A stretch of DNA of 64,000 nt, taken from contig CAVQNG010000003.1 of assembly GCA_963713825.1 (NCBI GenBank), forward strand, positions 672,001-736,000, read 5' to 3'. Shown piece after piece: positions 29,167-42,054 of the stretch (its first letter is position 1; every line of letters starts with the position of its first letter). The translations under genes were made by a program, and so were the position numbers. This DNA is from an uncultured Acidobacteriota bacterium (GTDB lineage: Bacteria > Acidobacteriota > Thermoanaerobaculia > Multivoradales > JAHEKO01). The notes under the pieces are model-generated. The model was given only the letters and a program-made list of their open reading frames with translations, was not told where the DNA came from and did not search any database.

Positions 29167-31466
29167 CGTCCTTGCCCTCTGCCACTTTCCGGATCCTCGG
29201 GAGGAGCGGACACCCGCCGCCGGGCCGACGATAGGGCGAGTAGACGCTCTGGCGTGGCCGGTATCGCGTCGACCTCGATACCCGTGGCGTTCTCGACCGC
29301 CGAAACGGCCGCTGGAGCACCACCGTCCATCGGCAATTCACCCACGCCTTTGGCCCCGAAAGCACCACCTTTCCAGGGCTTCTCCAACAGAAATACCTCC
29401 ATCTCGGGGCTGTCCCTGATGGTGGGGATGATGTAGGTGGCGAGCCGGTCGTTCAGATAGCGCCCCTGCTCCAACTTGACCTCCTCCAGCAGCCCCCACG
29501 CCACGGCCTGCAGGGTGCCGCCCTCGACCTGGCCGACGCAGAGCTTTTCGTGCAGAACGCGCCCGACTTCGCAGACGGCGGTGACCTTCTTTGGGCGCAC
29601 CTCGAGGGTGTCAGGGTCCACCTCGACTTCCACCACGTCGGCCCCGAATGCGTAAGTCGGATAGGCAACCCCCTGGTAGGTCTCCTCGTCGAAGACCTGC
29701 CACTCTGGAGGCTCATGGCGGCGCGATACGACCAGGGGCTCCATCGCCTCGGCATAGCACTTTGCGACTTCTCGGAACGACCAGCTCCTGCCGCTCTCGC
29801 TATGCACAACGCCGTCCTCGACGGCGGGAATCGATCCCTCGTTCTGACGGTCGGACCACCAGGCCAGAACGCGATCCCGAACTTCGCTCACCACGAAAGC
29901 GACCTCGCTACCCACCACCATCGAAGTGCGCGACGCGACGCTGGGACCGGAATCGGGGACCCTGGAGGTATCCGGAGGTGCCAACACCACATCGTGCACG
30001 CTCAGACCGCTGGCCTCGGCTGCCATCATCGGAAAGACCGTGTCACAGCCCTGTCCCATCTCCACCGCTGCCGTGCGCACCTCGACCCTTCCATCCTCGA
30101 GCAGGGCACCCTCGATGACCGACTGCAGAACCCGTTCGCCGTTGCCGGTAAATCCTGCACCATGGAAATAGAGGCTCAAGCCCACACCCGGCGACGGTTC
30201 ACCATCGCGGTGGGTCGCGCGTTGCGCTTCGAGATGCTGCCAACGCTGCTGGAAATCGGTCTCCCGAGCTGCTTTCTCGAGACAGAGACGAGCCGAGCAG
30301 CTCTCATCCATCCTCTGACCCGTCGGCAGCCTGTCGCCTTCCTCCAGCACGTTTCGGAGCCGGATCTCCAGTGGGTCGAGGCCCAGGCGCCGGCCGATCC
30401 GGTCCATCTGTCGCTCGGCGGCGAACTGCACCTGGGGGGCTCCGAAACCGCGAAAGGCGCCGTTGGGTGGTGTGTTCGTGCGCAGCACTTTGCCCCGAAT
30501 GTGGACGTTAGGGCACCGATAGGGGCCGACGGCGTGCAGCACGGCTCGTGAAAGGACCACCGGGGAGAGGGTTCTGAAGGCCCCTCCATCCAGCAGTACA
30601 TCGATCTCCATGGCCCGCAGGCGGCCTGCGGAATCGACCGCGGCTCGATGGGTCACCATCGAAGGGTGCCGTTTGGTCGTGCCCACGATGTCTTCATGGC
30701 GGTCGTAGGCGATACGAACAGGGTTACCGCATGCCTTCGCGAGGAGCGCCGCGTGCAGGGCGATGACGCTCGGGAAATCCTCCTTGCCTCCGAAGCCGCC
30801 GCCAACCGGTGTCGCCTTGACGACGACCCTGTCGGCTGCCAACCGCAGGGCGTGGACGAGCGAACGATGCACGAAGTAGGGGCACTGCATGGAGCCCTCT
30901 GCGATCAGGGTTCCATCGGCCTCCCACCAGGCACTCATGACCTGGCACTCGATATAGATGTGCTCCTGGTGCCCCGTGCGATAGGTGCCCTCCACCAAGA
31001 GGTGTGCCTTTGCAAGCTCCTTCCCGGCATTGCCACTCTCGAGCTCCAGGCTGTAGAGGGGCTCCTGTCGGCCCGCGGCCGAGAAATCCAAAACGGGCTC
31101 GATGGGCTCGTAGTCCACCTCGATGGCGGCCAGTGCCTGGCGGGCGGCCAGTCGCGTCGGTGCTGCCACGACCGCTACAGGCTCTCCTACGTGTTGGACG
31201 AGGTCCGCCGCCAGCACGGGCCATTCATCATCGAGGAGCTGTACGCCGTTCGGTCCAGGCAGATCGCCGGCGGTGACACAGACGGCTCCAGTCGGGGCTC
31301 GCTCGGGGTGCCACCGCAGTCGGCGAATACGCGCATGGGGATGCGGGCTTCGCAGTGTGGCGCCGTGCCACATGCCCGCTGCGGGCAGATCGTTGGCGTA
31401 GCGCAGGGTCCCACCCACCTTCGAGGCGCCGTCGGGGCGGGGTGGGCTCGAACCGAGAGTGCTCAC
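29163..31466 (-). CDS. Xanthine dehydrogenase family molybdopterin-binding subunit
   Basis: GGGFGGK, AFRGFGAPQ, EMGQG, ASR, GAKGVGE (catalytic Glu). Confidence 0.95.
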   Translation of the reverse strand: MSTLGSSPPRPDGASKVGGTLRYANDLPAAGMWHGATLRSPHPHARIRRLRWHPERAPTGAVCVTAGDLPGPNGVQLLDDEWPVLAADLVQHVGEPVAVVAAPTRLAARQALAAIEVDYEPIEPVLDFSAAGRQEPLYSLELESGNAGKELAKAHLLVEGTYRTGHQEHIYIECQVMSAWWEADGTLIAEGSMQCPYFVHRSLVHALRLAADRVVVKATPVGGGFGGKEDFPSVIALHAALLAKACGNPVRIAYDRHEDIVGTTKRHPSMVTHRAAVDSAGRLRAMEIDVLLDGGAFRTLSPVVLSRAVLHAVGPYRCPNVHIRGKVLRTNTPPNGAFRGFGAPQVQFAAERQMDRIGRRLGLDPLEIRLRNVLEEGDRLPTGQRMDESCSARLCLEKAARETDFQQRWQHLEAQRATHRDGEPSPGVGLSLYFHGAGFTGNGERVLQSVIEGALLEDGRVEVRTAAVEMGQGCDTVFPMMAAEASGLSVHDVVLAPPDTSRVPDSGPSVASRTSMVVGSEVAFVVSEVRDRVLAWWSDRQNEGSIPAVEDGVVHSESGRSWSFREVAKCYAEAMEPLVVSRRHEPPEWQVFDEETYQGVAYPTYAFGADVVEVEVDPDTLEVRPKKVTAVCEVGRVLHEKLCVGQVEGGTLQAVAWGLLEEVKLEQGRYLNDRLATYIIPTIRDSPEMEVFLLEKPWKGGAFGAKGVGELPMDGGAPAAVSAVENATGIEVDAIPATPERLLALSSARRRVSAPPEDPESGRGQGR

Positions 31467-32842
31467 GCCGCCAGGCTCCTGGCAAGATACCGCCCGGCGC
31501 CACGCTCTACCGCCAAGTCACCATCCTGGAATTGGATGCGCCCCGCGGCGATTACGGCTGAAGGCAGACCGGTGACGCTAAAGCCTTCGAAGATGCTGCG
31601 ATCGCAGCGCTGGTGGTGCGTGGCGGCTGAAATAACGCCGGTCGCCTCCGGATCCCATACAACCAGGTCCGCGTCGGCGCCGACCGAGATCGAGCCCTTG
31701 CGCGGATAGAGGCCGAAGAGCTGAGCGGGACGGGTAGAGACCAGGTCCACGAACTGCTGCAGTCCGATACGTCCTTGCCTCACACCATAGGAGTAGAGCA
31801 ATGCCAAGCGGTGCTCGACACCTGCGGCGCCTCCCGGGATCTGTCGAAAGTCGTTGCGACCCAGGTCCTTCTGCCCCTTCAGATTGAAGGGACAATGGTC
31901 GGTGCCCACGACTTGGAGAGCTCCGGTCCGCAAGGCCTCCCAGAGAGCTTGCTGATGCTCAGCCGATCGAATCGGCGGCGCGATGACGTAGGCGGCTGCC
32001 TCGAAATCAGGCTTCTCGTACACCGATTCGTCCAGGAGCAGGTACTGGGGACACGTCTCGCCATAGACCTCCAGCCCCGAGTCCCGAGCCTTTGTCAGGG
32101 CGTCAACGGCCTGCTGGCAGGTGACGTGGACGATGTAGGCGGAAGCTCCGGTCAGCCCTGCCAGGACCATCATCCGCTCGGTAGCCTCGCCCTCCAATTC
32201 GGGCGGCCGCGAGCGAGGATGGGCCTCCGGGCCCAGACTACCGGCAGCCGCCAGGCGGCTGCGCAGGTGCTCCACCATGTCCCCGTGCTCGGCGTGCACC
32301 AACACACGGGCTTGCAGGTTGTGCGCCGCCTCGAGGGCGCGAATCAGCGCCGCGTCTTCCAGGCCCACCGTCTCCTTGTAGGCCATGTAGAGCTTGAAGG
32401 AGGGAATTCCCTGGTTGTGGACGCAGTCGGCCATCCACCGCGTGGTCTCCTCCCCCCACCAGGTGACGGCCATGTGGAGCCCATAGTCGGCCACCGCCTT
32501 ACCAGCCTCCTCCTTGCGGGCCGCGAGCGCCTCCAAGAAGCTCTCTCCACGCTCTGGGTGAACGAAATCCACGATCGTCGTAGTGCCGCCTGCCAGCGCC
32601 GCCGCAGTACCACTCTCGAAATCGTCCGAAGAGACGGTGCCTGCCACTGGTAGCTGCATGTGAACGTGGGGATCGACGCCGCCGGGAAAGACCAGTTGGC
32701 CTGCGGCATCCAAGACTTCGTCTTCGGAGCCCGGCGCGAGAGCTTCGGCCAATTCCACGATCCGGCCGTCACGACATCGAATATCACCGCGCCAGCGCTG
32801 CTGGCCCGTCACGATGTCGCCGTTGCGGATGAGAATGCCCAC
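31463..32842 (-). CDS. hydA: Dihydropyrimidinase / D-hydantoinase (HydA/HyuA)
   Basis: PGGVDPHVH, GGTTT, SFKLYMAY (carboxylated Lys), VHAE, VHV, GTDHCPF. GTG start at 32842. Confidence 0.93.
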   Translation of the reverse strand: MGILIRNGDIVTGQQRWRGDIRCRDGRIVELAEALAPGSEDEVLDAAGQLVFPGGVDPHVHMQLPVAGTVSSDDFESGTAAALAGGTTTIVDFVHPERGESFLEALAARKEEAGKAVADYGLHMAVTWWGEETTRWMADCVHNQGIPSFKLYMAYKETVGLEDAALIRALEAAHNLQARVLVHAEHGDMVEHLRSRLAAAGSLGPEAHPRSRPPELEGEATERMMVLAGLTGASAYIVHVTCQQAVDALTKARDSGLEVYGETCPQYLLLDESVYEKPDFEAAAYVIAPPIRSAEHQQALWEALRTGALQVVGTDHCPFNLKGQKDLGRNDFRQIPGGAAGVEHRLALLYSYGVRQGRIGLQQFVDLVSTRPAQLFGLYPRKGSISVGADADLVVWDPEATGVISAATHHQRCDRSIFEGFSVTGLPSAVIAAGRIQFQDGDLAVERGAGRYLARSLAA

Positions 32843-32984
32843 GATCAACCTTTGAAGAGGCGCATGTTCTCCTGAGAGTAACGCGAATTCGCGCCTTGCA
32901 TAGCGGATTCTGCCTCTCAGAGTGGGTGAGAAGGACCTTCGGACCTGCGTTTCGACTCCCGAATCAAGTATCCTGTCACGCTGT

Positions 32985-35614
<2,630 letters not shown>

Positions 35615-35618
<4 letters not shown>

Positions 35619-36838
35619 CCACAGAACCATCTCTTTCGTTGGGCCCTGACCGGGACGGCAGGATTCTCGTCACGGCGGCCGGCCGTGTGGTCCGGTTCGA
35701 CGACGAGGCCACGCCTGGGACAGCCCCGGCGTCGAACCTGAGCTGCGAGCAAGCTCGCATCGAGCCCGGCAGGGTCAACGCTCACACCCACATCTACAGC
35801 GGGCTGGCACCGTTCGAGATGCCCCCCCCGGCAGTGGCGCCCGAGAACTTTCTGCAGATTCTCGAGCGCGTCTGGTGGCGGCTGGATCGGGCTCTCGACG
35901 AGGAGTCCCTGCGGGCTTCGGCCCGCTTCTACGTGGCCCAAGCCCTTCTCGCTGGTACCACAACCCTGGTCGATCATCACGAATCGCCAACTTTCATCGA
36001 CGGCTCGCTGGACATCCTGGCCGATACCTGTCAGGAGCTCGGGATGCGGGCGCTGCTGTGCTATGGCGCCACCGAGCGCAACGGCGGCCGCGAGGAGGCT
36101 CACCGAGGACTCGAGGAGTGCCGCCGGTTCCATCAGGACAACAGTCGATCGTTGGTTCGAGGACTCGTAGGGCTCCATGCCTCCTTCACGGTCTCCGATG
36201 AGACCATCGAGGAGGCTGCCAACCTGAGCCGCGAGCTCGACACAGTCCTACACGTCCATGTGGCCGAGGACCTGGCCGATGTCGAGGATGCCCTTGAACG
36301 GGGCTACGACGGACCGCTGGAGCGCTTGCTGCACTTCGGTGCCCTGCCGCCGGGTTCGATTCTGGCTCACTGTGTTCACTGCCAGGCGGCGCAAGTTCGC
36401 ACCATTGCCGCCCGAGACCTGTGGATCGTCCAGAACCCGCGCTCGAATCTTGGCAACGGTGTGGGCTACCCCGCGGCCCTCAGCGAGAGTAACCAGGTGG
36501 CGGTCGGAACCGACGGCTATCCGGCCCGCATGGAGGACGAGGTGCTCGTCCTGAGAGCCGAGGCTGCCGAACACGGCGAAGCCGAGACTGTCATCACTGC
36601 TCGCGTCGCCGGCGCCTACCAGCTCGGAGCCGAACGCATTGGCCTCCAGCTGGCACCTTTGACACCAGGTGGTGCCGCTGATTTCATTGTGCGCGACAAC
36701 GACCGGGTCCGCCATGTTGGAGTAGCCGGTCGAGTTGTGGTTCGTGACGGCAGCTTGACGACTGCCGACCTGGAAGAAATCCATGCTCATGCGGTGGAGC
36801 AGGCCAGGCGTCTGTGGAACCGACTGGGCTCTGTGTAG
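35615..36838 (+). CDS. ssnA: SsnA-like amidohydrolase
   Basis: NAHTHIYS, FLQILERVWWRLDRALD, GTTTLVDHHES, GLHASFT, HVHVAE, NPRSN, GTDG. GTGA overlap with xdh. Confidence 0.8.
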
Positions 36839-36854
36839 CGGGAGGTAACGTGTC

Positions 36855-38345
36855 ATGCCGACACTCGGGCTGGAAACGAAAATCATCGACAAAGAAGTCT
36901 TCGACAACACGGTCAGCCATTTCCGCGCAGCCGGGATCCGCCTGCCGACCTTTGGCGAGCTGGCCGATCCCAAACGCATTCCGGAGACCATTCGCCAGGG
37001 CCTGGACGAGATCGACACCGATGCTGGGCACCCCCTGAACCTGTTCCGAGTGCACTGGCACAATGCGTCGGGTGGAGGCGCGTTTCGGGCCGTCCCCGAG
37101 CACATTGTCTTGCCATCGGAGCTGACGGGCGTCGAAGCGAAGATCGTCGTTCTTCCGGCGGATCACTTCCCAATGATTCACGCTCACAAGGTGCTGGCAA
37201 CCTATGGTTGTCTGGCTCCTCGGGTCATTACAGGGCAGTTCGATCCCACCCATCATCGAGCCATCTGGCCCTCCACCGGCAACTACTGCCGTGGAGGCAT
37301 CGCGGTCTCGAGGATCATGGACTGTCGAGGGGTCGCGGTGCTGCCGGAGGGCATGAGTCGAGAGCGCTTCGATTGGCTCGAGGCGTGGGTATCGAACCCC
37401 GAAGACATCATCAGGACCCACGGCACCGAGAGCAACGTCAAAGAGATCTATGACAAATGCGCCGAGCTCGACCAAGATGCGGACAACATCATCTTCAACC
37501 AGTTCAGTGAGTTCGGAAACTACCTGGCTCACTACTTATGCACCGGCTCGGCGATCGACCGGGTCCTGACACATCTGAAGGCCGACCATCAAGAGCTGCA
37601 ACTGCGGGCCTACATCTCGGCCACCGGATCCGGCGGCACTCTGGCGGCCGGCGACTACCTCAAGGAGCGTCATGGCGCCTGGATCGTCGCAGTGGAGGCC
37701 CTGGAGTGCCCGACGTTGCTCTACAACGGCTTCGGAGAGCACAACATCCAGGGCATCGGAGACAAGCACATTCCGTTGATTCACAACGTCATGAACACCG
37801 ACGCTGCCGTGGCGATCTCGGACGCCAGCACCGACGAGCTGCTGGTGCTCTTCAACTCCGATGAAGGCAAGCGCTATCTGGCCGAGCGACAAGGAGTACC
37901 CGACGATACTCTCGAAGCCCTGCACCGATTCGGGTTCTCCTCCATTTGCAACATCCTGGCCGGTATCAAGACGGCCAAGTACCTCGATCTCGGATCGGAC
38001 GATGTCGTCGTAACGGTGGCCACCGATGGTGAAGAGCTCTACCGCAGCGAGCACGAGAAGATCCTCGCCCAGCGATTTGGTGACCGGTTCGATTCGATCT
38101 CGGCTGGAGAGACCTTTGGGCAGCACCTGGCGGGCGTCGCTACCGACCACTTCCTGGAACTGTCGCACATCGACCGAACCCGCATCTTCAATCTTGGCTA
38201 CTTCACCTGGGTGGAGCAGCAGGGCATTTCCATCGAAGACTTCGTTGCCCGTCGCGAGCCGATTTTCTGGCACCGACTCCTCGATCTGATCCCCGCCTGG
38301 GACGCAATGATCGACGAGTTCAACAGTCACGTAGGCCTGGAGTGA
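36855..38345 (+). CDS. PLP-dependent enzyme, fold type II (uncharacterised family linked to Se-dependent Mo-hydroxylase loci)
   Basis: AHKV (PLP Lys), [17 protein letters not shown] phosphate loop, [12 protein letters not shown]. Confidence 0.85.
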   Translation: MPTLGLETKIIDKEVFDNTVSHFRAAGIRLPTFGELADPKRIPETIRQGLDEIDTDAGHPLNLFRVHWHNASGGGAFRAVPEHIVLPSELTGVEAKIVVLPADHFPMIHAHKVLATYGCLAPRVITGQFDPTHHRAIWPSTGNYCRGGIAVSRIMDCRGVAVLPEGMSRERFDWLEAWVSNPEDIIRTHGTESNVKEIYDKCAELDQDADNIIFNQFSEFGNYLAHYLCTGSAIDRVLTHLKADHQELQLRAYISATGSGGTLAAGDYLKERHGAWIVAVEALECPTLLYNGFGEHNIQGIGDKHIPLIHNVMNTDAAVAISDASTDELLVLFNSDEGKRYLAERQGVPDDTLEALHRFGFSSICNILAGIKTAKYLDLGSDDVVVTVATDGEELYRSEHEKILAQRFGDRFDSISAGETFGQHLAGVATDHFLELSHIDRTRIFNLGYFTWVEQQGISIEDFVARREPIFWHRLLDLIPAWDAMIDEFNSHVGLE

Positions 38346-38377
38346 GGTAGGCTCGAGCCTCGTCCCGGAATCGCATC

Positions 38378-39817
38378 ATGAACCTCGCGTCGACTCTCGT
38401 CTGTCAGGGCTGCGGCCATTCCGTGCCTCCCGATGAGCCCTATCCGTTCCGCTGTCCTCAGGCCGATCTCGACGACGACATCGATCACGTTCTCCGGCGG
38501 ATTCTGGACACCTCCGCCCTGGACTCGCCCGCCGAGCTGAGTCGGCCTTTCTCCAGCGATCTCCGCAGCCCTTTCTTGCGATATGGGCGGCTACTTCACA
38601 GCTATCAGACGGCCCGCCACATGGGCCTCGACGATACGAGCTTCGCCAAACTGGTGACACGACTGGACGCCGCGGTGGCTCAGACCGACGGCCACGGGTT
38701 TCGAGTCACGCCCTTCGCTCCGGCTGACAAGCTGGCGCAGGCGCTCGACCTCGAGCCCGGTGGCCTTTGGATCAAGGACGAGACAGGCAATGTCTCCGGC
38801 TCCCACAAGGCTCGACACCTGATGGGACTCATGCTCTGGCTGGAGATGAGCCGGCAGCTCTGGCCAGAGAAGGTGGAGACCGCCCCCCGGCTGGCGATCG
38901 CCAGTTGCGGCAATGCCGCCCTCGGCGCCGCGGTCGTTGCCCGTGCGATGAACTATCCGCTCGACGTGTATGTGCCGACCTGGGCGGATACGGCGGTCAC
39001 AGAGCGCCTCGCCGGGCTGGGTGCAACCCTCGTTGCCTGCCCAAGGGAAGGTTCGATCACCGGCGACCCCTGCTATCACCGCTTCCGGGAAGCTGTCGGT
39101 CAGGGGGCCCTGCCCTTCACCTGCCAGGGGACAGAGAACGGTTTGGTCATCGAGGGAGGCAAGACCCTGGTCTGGGAGATGGTTTCCTCTCTCATGGTCG
39201 AGGAGCGCGAGCTCGACCACCTGTGCATCCAGGTCGGCGGTGGAGCCCTGGCCAGCGCCTGTATCCAGGGACTGTTCGAAGCGCGAAGCGTCGGCGTTCT
39301 CGAGCGGCTCCCCGCCATCCACACAGTGCAGTCGTCGGGCGCAAGCCCTCTGCACCGGGCCTGGGAGGCCTTGATGGAGAGGACTCTCGTTCGCCACCAG
39401 CGCGAGACACGTGAAATGCCCCCCCACCTCGGCGATGACGTGGAGCGGGCCGAATTCGTGCGCGACCGGGTCTCTCCTGCCCTCATCCAGGACGAGCTGC
39501 ACTATGCCGCCACCCACCGTTCCGAGTTCATGTGGCCCTGGGAAGAAGAGCCCACCAGCATCGCCACCGGCATCCTGGACGACGAGACCTACGACTGGCT
39601 GTCCGTGGTCGAAGGCATGCTGCTGACGGGGGGTGTCCCTTTGGTCGTCGATGAGAAGACCCTGACTCGGGCCCACGGACTGTCTCGCGAATACACCTCG
39701 GTGGCGGCCGACCCTACCGGCACTTCGGGTCTGGCAGGGCTCTTGGAGTTACACCGCCGCGGTACGATCCAGCCCGGCGAGACTCTCGGCGTGCTGTTGA
39801 CCGGCGTCGAGAGATAG
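38378..39817 (+). CDS. Threonine-synthase-like PLP-dependent enzyme (fold type II)
   Basis: N-terminal CxxC..C, KDETGNVSGSHKAR, ASCGNA, QVGGGAL, LTG. Confidence 0.85.
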   Translation: MNLASTLVCQGCGHSVPPDEPYPFRCPQADLDDDIDHVLRRILDTSALDSPAELSRPFSSDLRSPFLRYGRLLHSYQTARHMGLDDTSFAKLVTRLDAAVAQTDGHGFRVTPFAPADKLAQALDLEPGGLWIKDETGNVSGSHKARHLMGLMLWLEMSRQLWPEKVETAPRLAIASCGNAALGAAVVARAMNYPLDVYVPTWADTAVTERLAGLGATLVACPREGSITGDPCYHRFREAVGQGALPFTCQGTENGLVIEGGKTLVWEMVSSLMVEERELDHLCIQVGGGALASACIQGLFEARSVGVLERLPAIHTVQSSGASPLHRAWEALMERTLVRHQRETREMPPHLGDDVERAEFVRDRVSPALIQDELHYAATHRSEFMWPWEEEPTSIATGILDDETYDWLSVVEGMLLTGGVPLVVDEKTLTRAHGLSREYTSVAADPTGTSGLAGLLELHRRGTIQPGETLGVLLTGVER

Positions 39818-39944
39818 CCTCCCTGCGGCATATATACTTCCCGTCAGCTTTAGCCGTACCCAAAACCAAGAGCCTCGTATCGCGGGGCCCAGGACGACAG
39901 GCTCTCTCGTTGGTCTGTCGCGATAGACAAACAAGGAGAACTCA

Positions 39945-40895
39945 ATGAGTGACACGAAAATCATTGTTGTCGTCGGAGCGACTGGTGCGCAGGGTGGTGG
40001 CTTGGTTCGCGCCATCCTCGATGACGAGGGTGGACCCTTCACAGCGCGCGCCATCACCAGAAATGTCGAATCGGAGAAGGCGCAAGAGCTCGCCACGCTG
40101 GGCGCCGAGGTCGTCGCCGCCGACATCGACGACCCGCAGAGTCTCGAAAAGGCCTTGGAAGGCGCCTATGGTGCCTACTTCGTAACCTTCTTCTGGGAGC
40201 ACTTCTCGCCGGAGAAGGAGATGGCCCACGTCCGAGCCATGGCCGAGGCCGCCAAGCACGCAGGGCTCCAGCACGTTGTCTGGTCGACCCTCGAGGACAC
40301 CCGGAATTGGGTACCGCTCGACGACGACTCGATGCCGACGCTGATGGAGAGCTACAAGGTGCCACACTTCGATGCCAAGGGTGCGTCGAACCACTACTTC
40401 ACGGACCTCGGTGTTCCCGTCACGTTCCTGCTTACATCGTTCTACTGGGACAACTTCATTCATTTCGGGATGGGGCCGCAGAAGGGACCCGACGGCAAGT
40501 ACACCATCGCCCTGCCCATGGACGACAAAAAGCTTCCGGGCATGGCTGCCGAGGACATCGGACGCGCCGCCTATGGCATCTTCAAGAAGGGGCCCGAGCT
40601 CATCGGCAAGACGATCGGTATCACGGGCGAGCATCTGTCTGGAGCGGAAATGGCTGCCGCGCTCGGCAACGCCCTGGGGGTGGAGGTGGCCTACAACGCC
40701 GTGCCGCCCGAGGTCTATCGCAGCTTCGGCTTCCCCGGCGCCGAAGACCTCGGCAACATGTTCCAGTTCAAGCGGGACTTCAACGACTACTTCTGCGGTG
40801 TGCGCAAGGTCGACGAGACTCGAGCACTCAATCCAGCCCTCCAGTCCTTCGACGAGTGGCTCGCCCGCAACGCTAGTCGCATCCCGATAGAGTAG
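39945..40895 (+). CDS. NmrA/HSCARG-family NAD(P)-binding protein
   Basis: VVGATGAQGG, VPHFDAK, RBS AAGGAG. Confidence 0.92.
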   Translation: MSDTKIIVVVGATGAQGGGLVRAILDDEGGPFTARAITRNVESEKAQELATLGAEVVAADIDDPQSLEKALEGAYGAYFVTFFWEHFSPEKEMAHVRAMAEAAKHAGLQHVVWSTLEDTRNWVPLDDDSMPTLMESYKVPHFDAKGASNHYFTDLGVPVTFLLTSFYWDNFIHFGMGPQKGPDGKYTIALPMDDKKLPGMAAEDIGRAAYGIFKKGPELIGKTIGITGEHLSGAEMAAALGNALGVEVAYNAVPPEVYRSFGFPGAEDLGNMFQFKRDFNDYFCGVRKVDETRALNPALQSFDEWLARNASRIPIE

Positions 40896-40938
40896 CCGGG
40901 CGACAAGAATCGAAATCGAGACCGACGAGGAGATACGG

Positions 40939-41175
40939 ATGATCCGACTTCGCATCAAGGAGACCGGCACCGAGCTGGGATCCATCACCGAGGAAGACCT
41001 GCAATTCCTCATCGATAATCTGGAAGAAGAGTGGGAGGAGGACCAGGACTACTACCTCAACCGCCAAACCCTGGAGATGCTCAAGGGCCGCGGCATCTCT
41101 GCCTCTCTCGCTCAGATGCTCGAACGTGCGATGGGAGAAGGCGACGACGTCGAGGTGGAGTGGTCGCGGGAATAG
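40939..41175 (+). CDS. Small acidic conserved hypothetical protein
   Basis: RBS GAGGAG and LGSITEEDLQFLIDNLEEEWEEDQDYYL motif. Confidence 0.8.
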   Translation: MIRLRIKETGTELGSITEEDLQFLIDNLEEEWEEDQDYYLNRQTLEMLKGRGISASLAQMLERAMGEGDDVEVEWSRE

Positions 41176-41301
41176 GCGCTCCTTGGACTTGCTTTCTTCG
41201 ATCACGCTGCTCGTCGCATTGTCTGCTGGCGCGCTGAGCTTACTGGCGGGCTGAGTGGCTCTGGCGAGGGCCCGACTCGGACGTCGCAGTCTGGAGAGTT
41301 C

Positions 41302-41958
41302 ATGTTTCTAGGTCATTTCGGAGTCGGATTCGGGGCCAAACGTATAGCCCCGAGGACGTCGCTGGGGACCCTGTTCCTGGCCTCCCAGTTCATCGATCTA
41401 CTCTGGCCCCTCCTCCTTCTCGTGGGAGCCGAGCGCGTCGCAATCGTGCCAGGCATCACGGTGGTTACGCCCCTGGACTTCACCCACTATCCGTGGTCCC
41501 ACAGCCTGCTGGCCGTCACGCTCTGGGGTGTACTTTTTGCAGCGACCTACTATCTGGTGAAGCGCTACAAGGCTGGAGCGTGGGTCTGCGGAGCCGCGGT
41601 CGTCAGCCACTGGGTACTCGATCTCGTGCTGCATCGGCCCGACCTGCCGCTGTTGCCCGGCGGTGACTACCGGGCGGGGTTCGGCCTCTGGAACTCTCTT
41701 GCAGCCACTCTCGTGATCGAGCTTGCGGTCTTCGCCGTGGGCCTTGTCCTCTATCTTCGAACCACGACCGCGTCTGATCGTATCGGGTCGATCGGTCTAT
41801 GGAGTCTGGTCGGCTTTCTCCTGCTGGTCTATGCGGGAAATCTGTTCGGGGCTCCTCCACCGAGTGTGCGCGCCATCGCCTGGCTAGGGCAGGCGCAATG
41901 GCTACTTATCGCGTGGGGCTACTGGATCGACCGACATCGAGTGACACAAGGAGTCTGA
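41302..41958 (+). CDS. Membrane-bound metal-dependent hydrolase (YdjM/DUF457-like)
   Basis: MFLGH, FIDLL, YPWSHSL, SHWVLDLVLHRPDLP. Confidence 0.8.
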   Translation: MFLGHFGVGFGAKRIAPRTSLGTLFLASQFIDLLWPLLLLVGAERVAIVPGITVVTPLDFTHYPWSHSLLAVTLWGVLFAATYYLVKRYKAGAWVCGAAVVSHWVLDLVLHRPDLPLLPGGDYRAGFGLWNSLAATLVIELAVFAVGLVLYLRTTTASDRIGSIGLWSLVGFLLLVYAGNLFGAPPPSVRAIAWLGQAQWLLIAWGYWIDRHRVTQGV

Positions 41959-42054
41959 ATGACCCTCGCCCTGACCGCGACGGTCTACCTGATCCTCGGA
42001 CTTCTGAAGAGCAGGCCCTGATCCAAGCGTCCACGCCCCGGGAGGAAGACTTCG

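Noticed and set aside
32860-32960. Glycine riboswitch (CCGAAG and ACTCTCAGG words on the minus strand)
   Set aside because: The spacing and the GGAGA/GCAA elements do not fit the consensus. Kept only as a generic structured-leader candidate.
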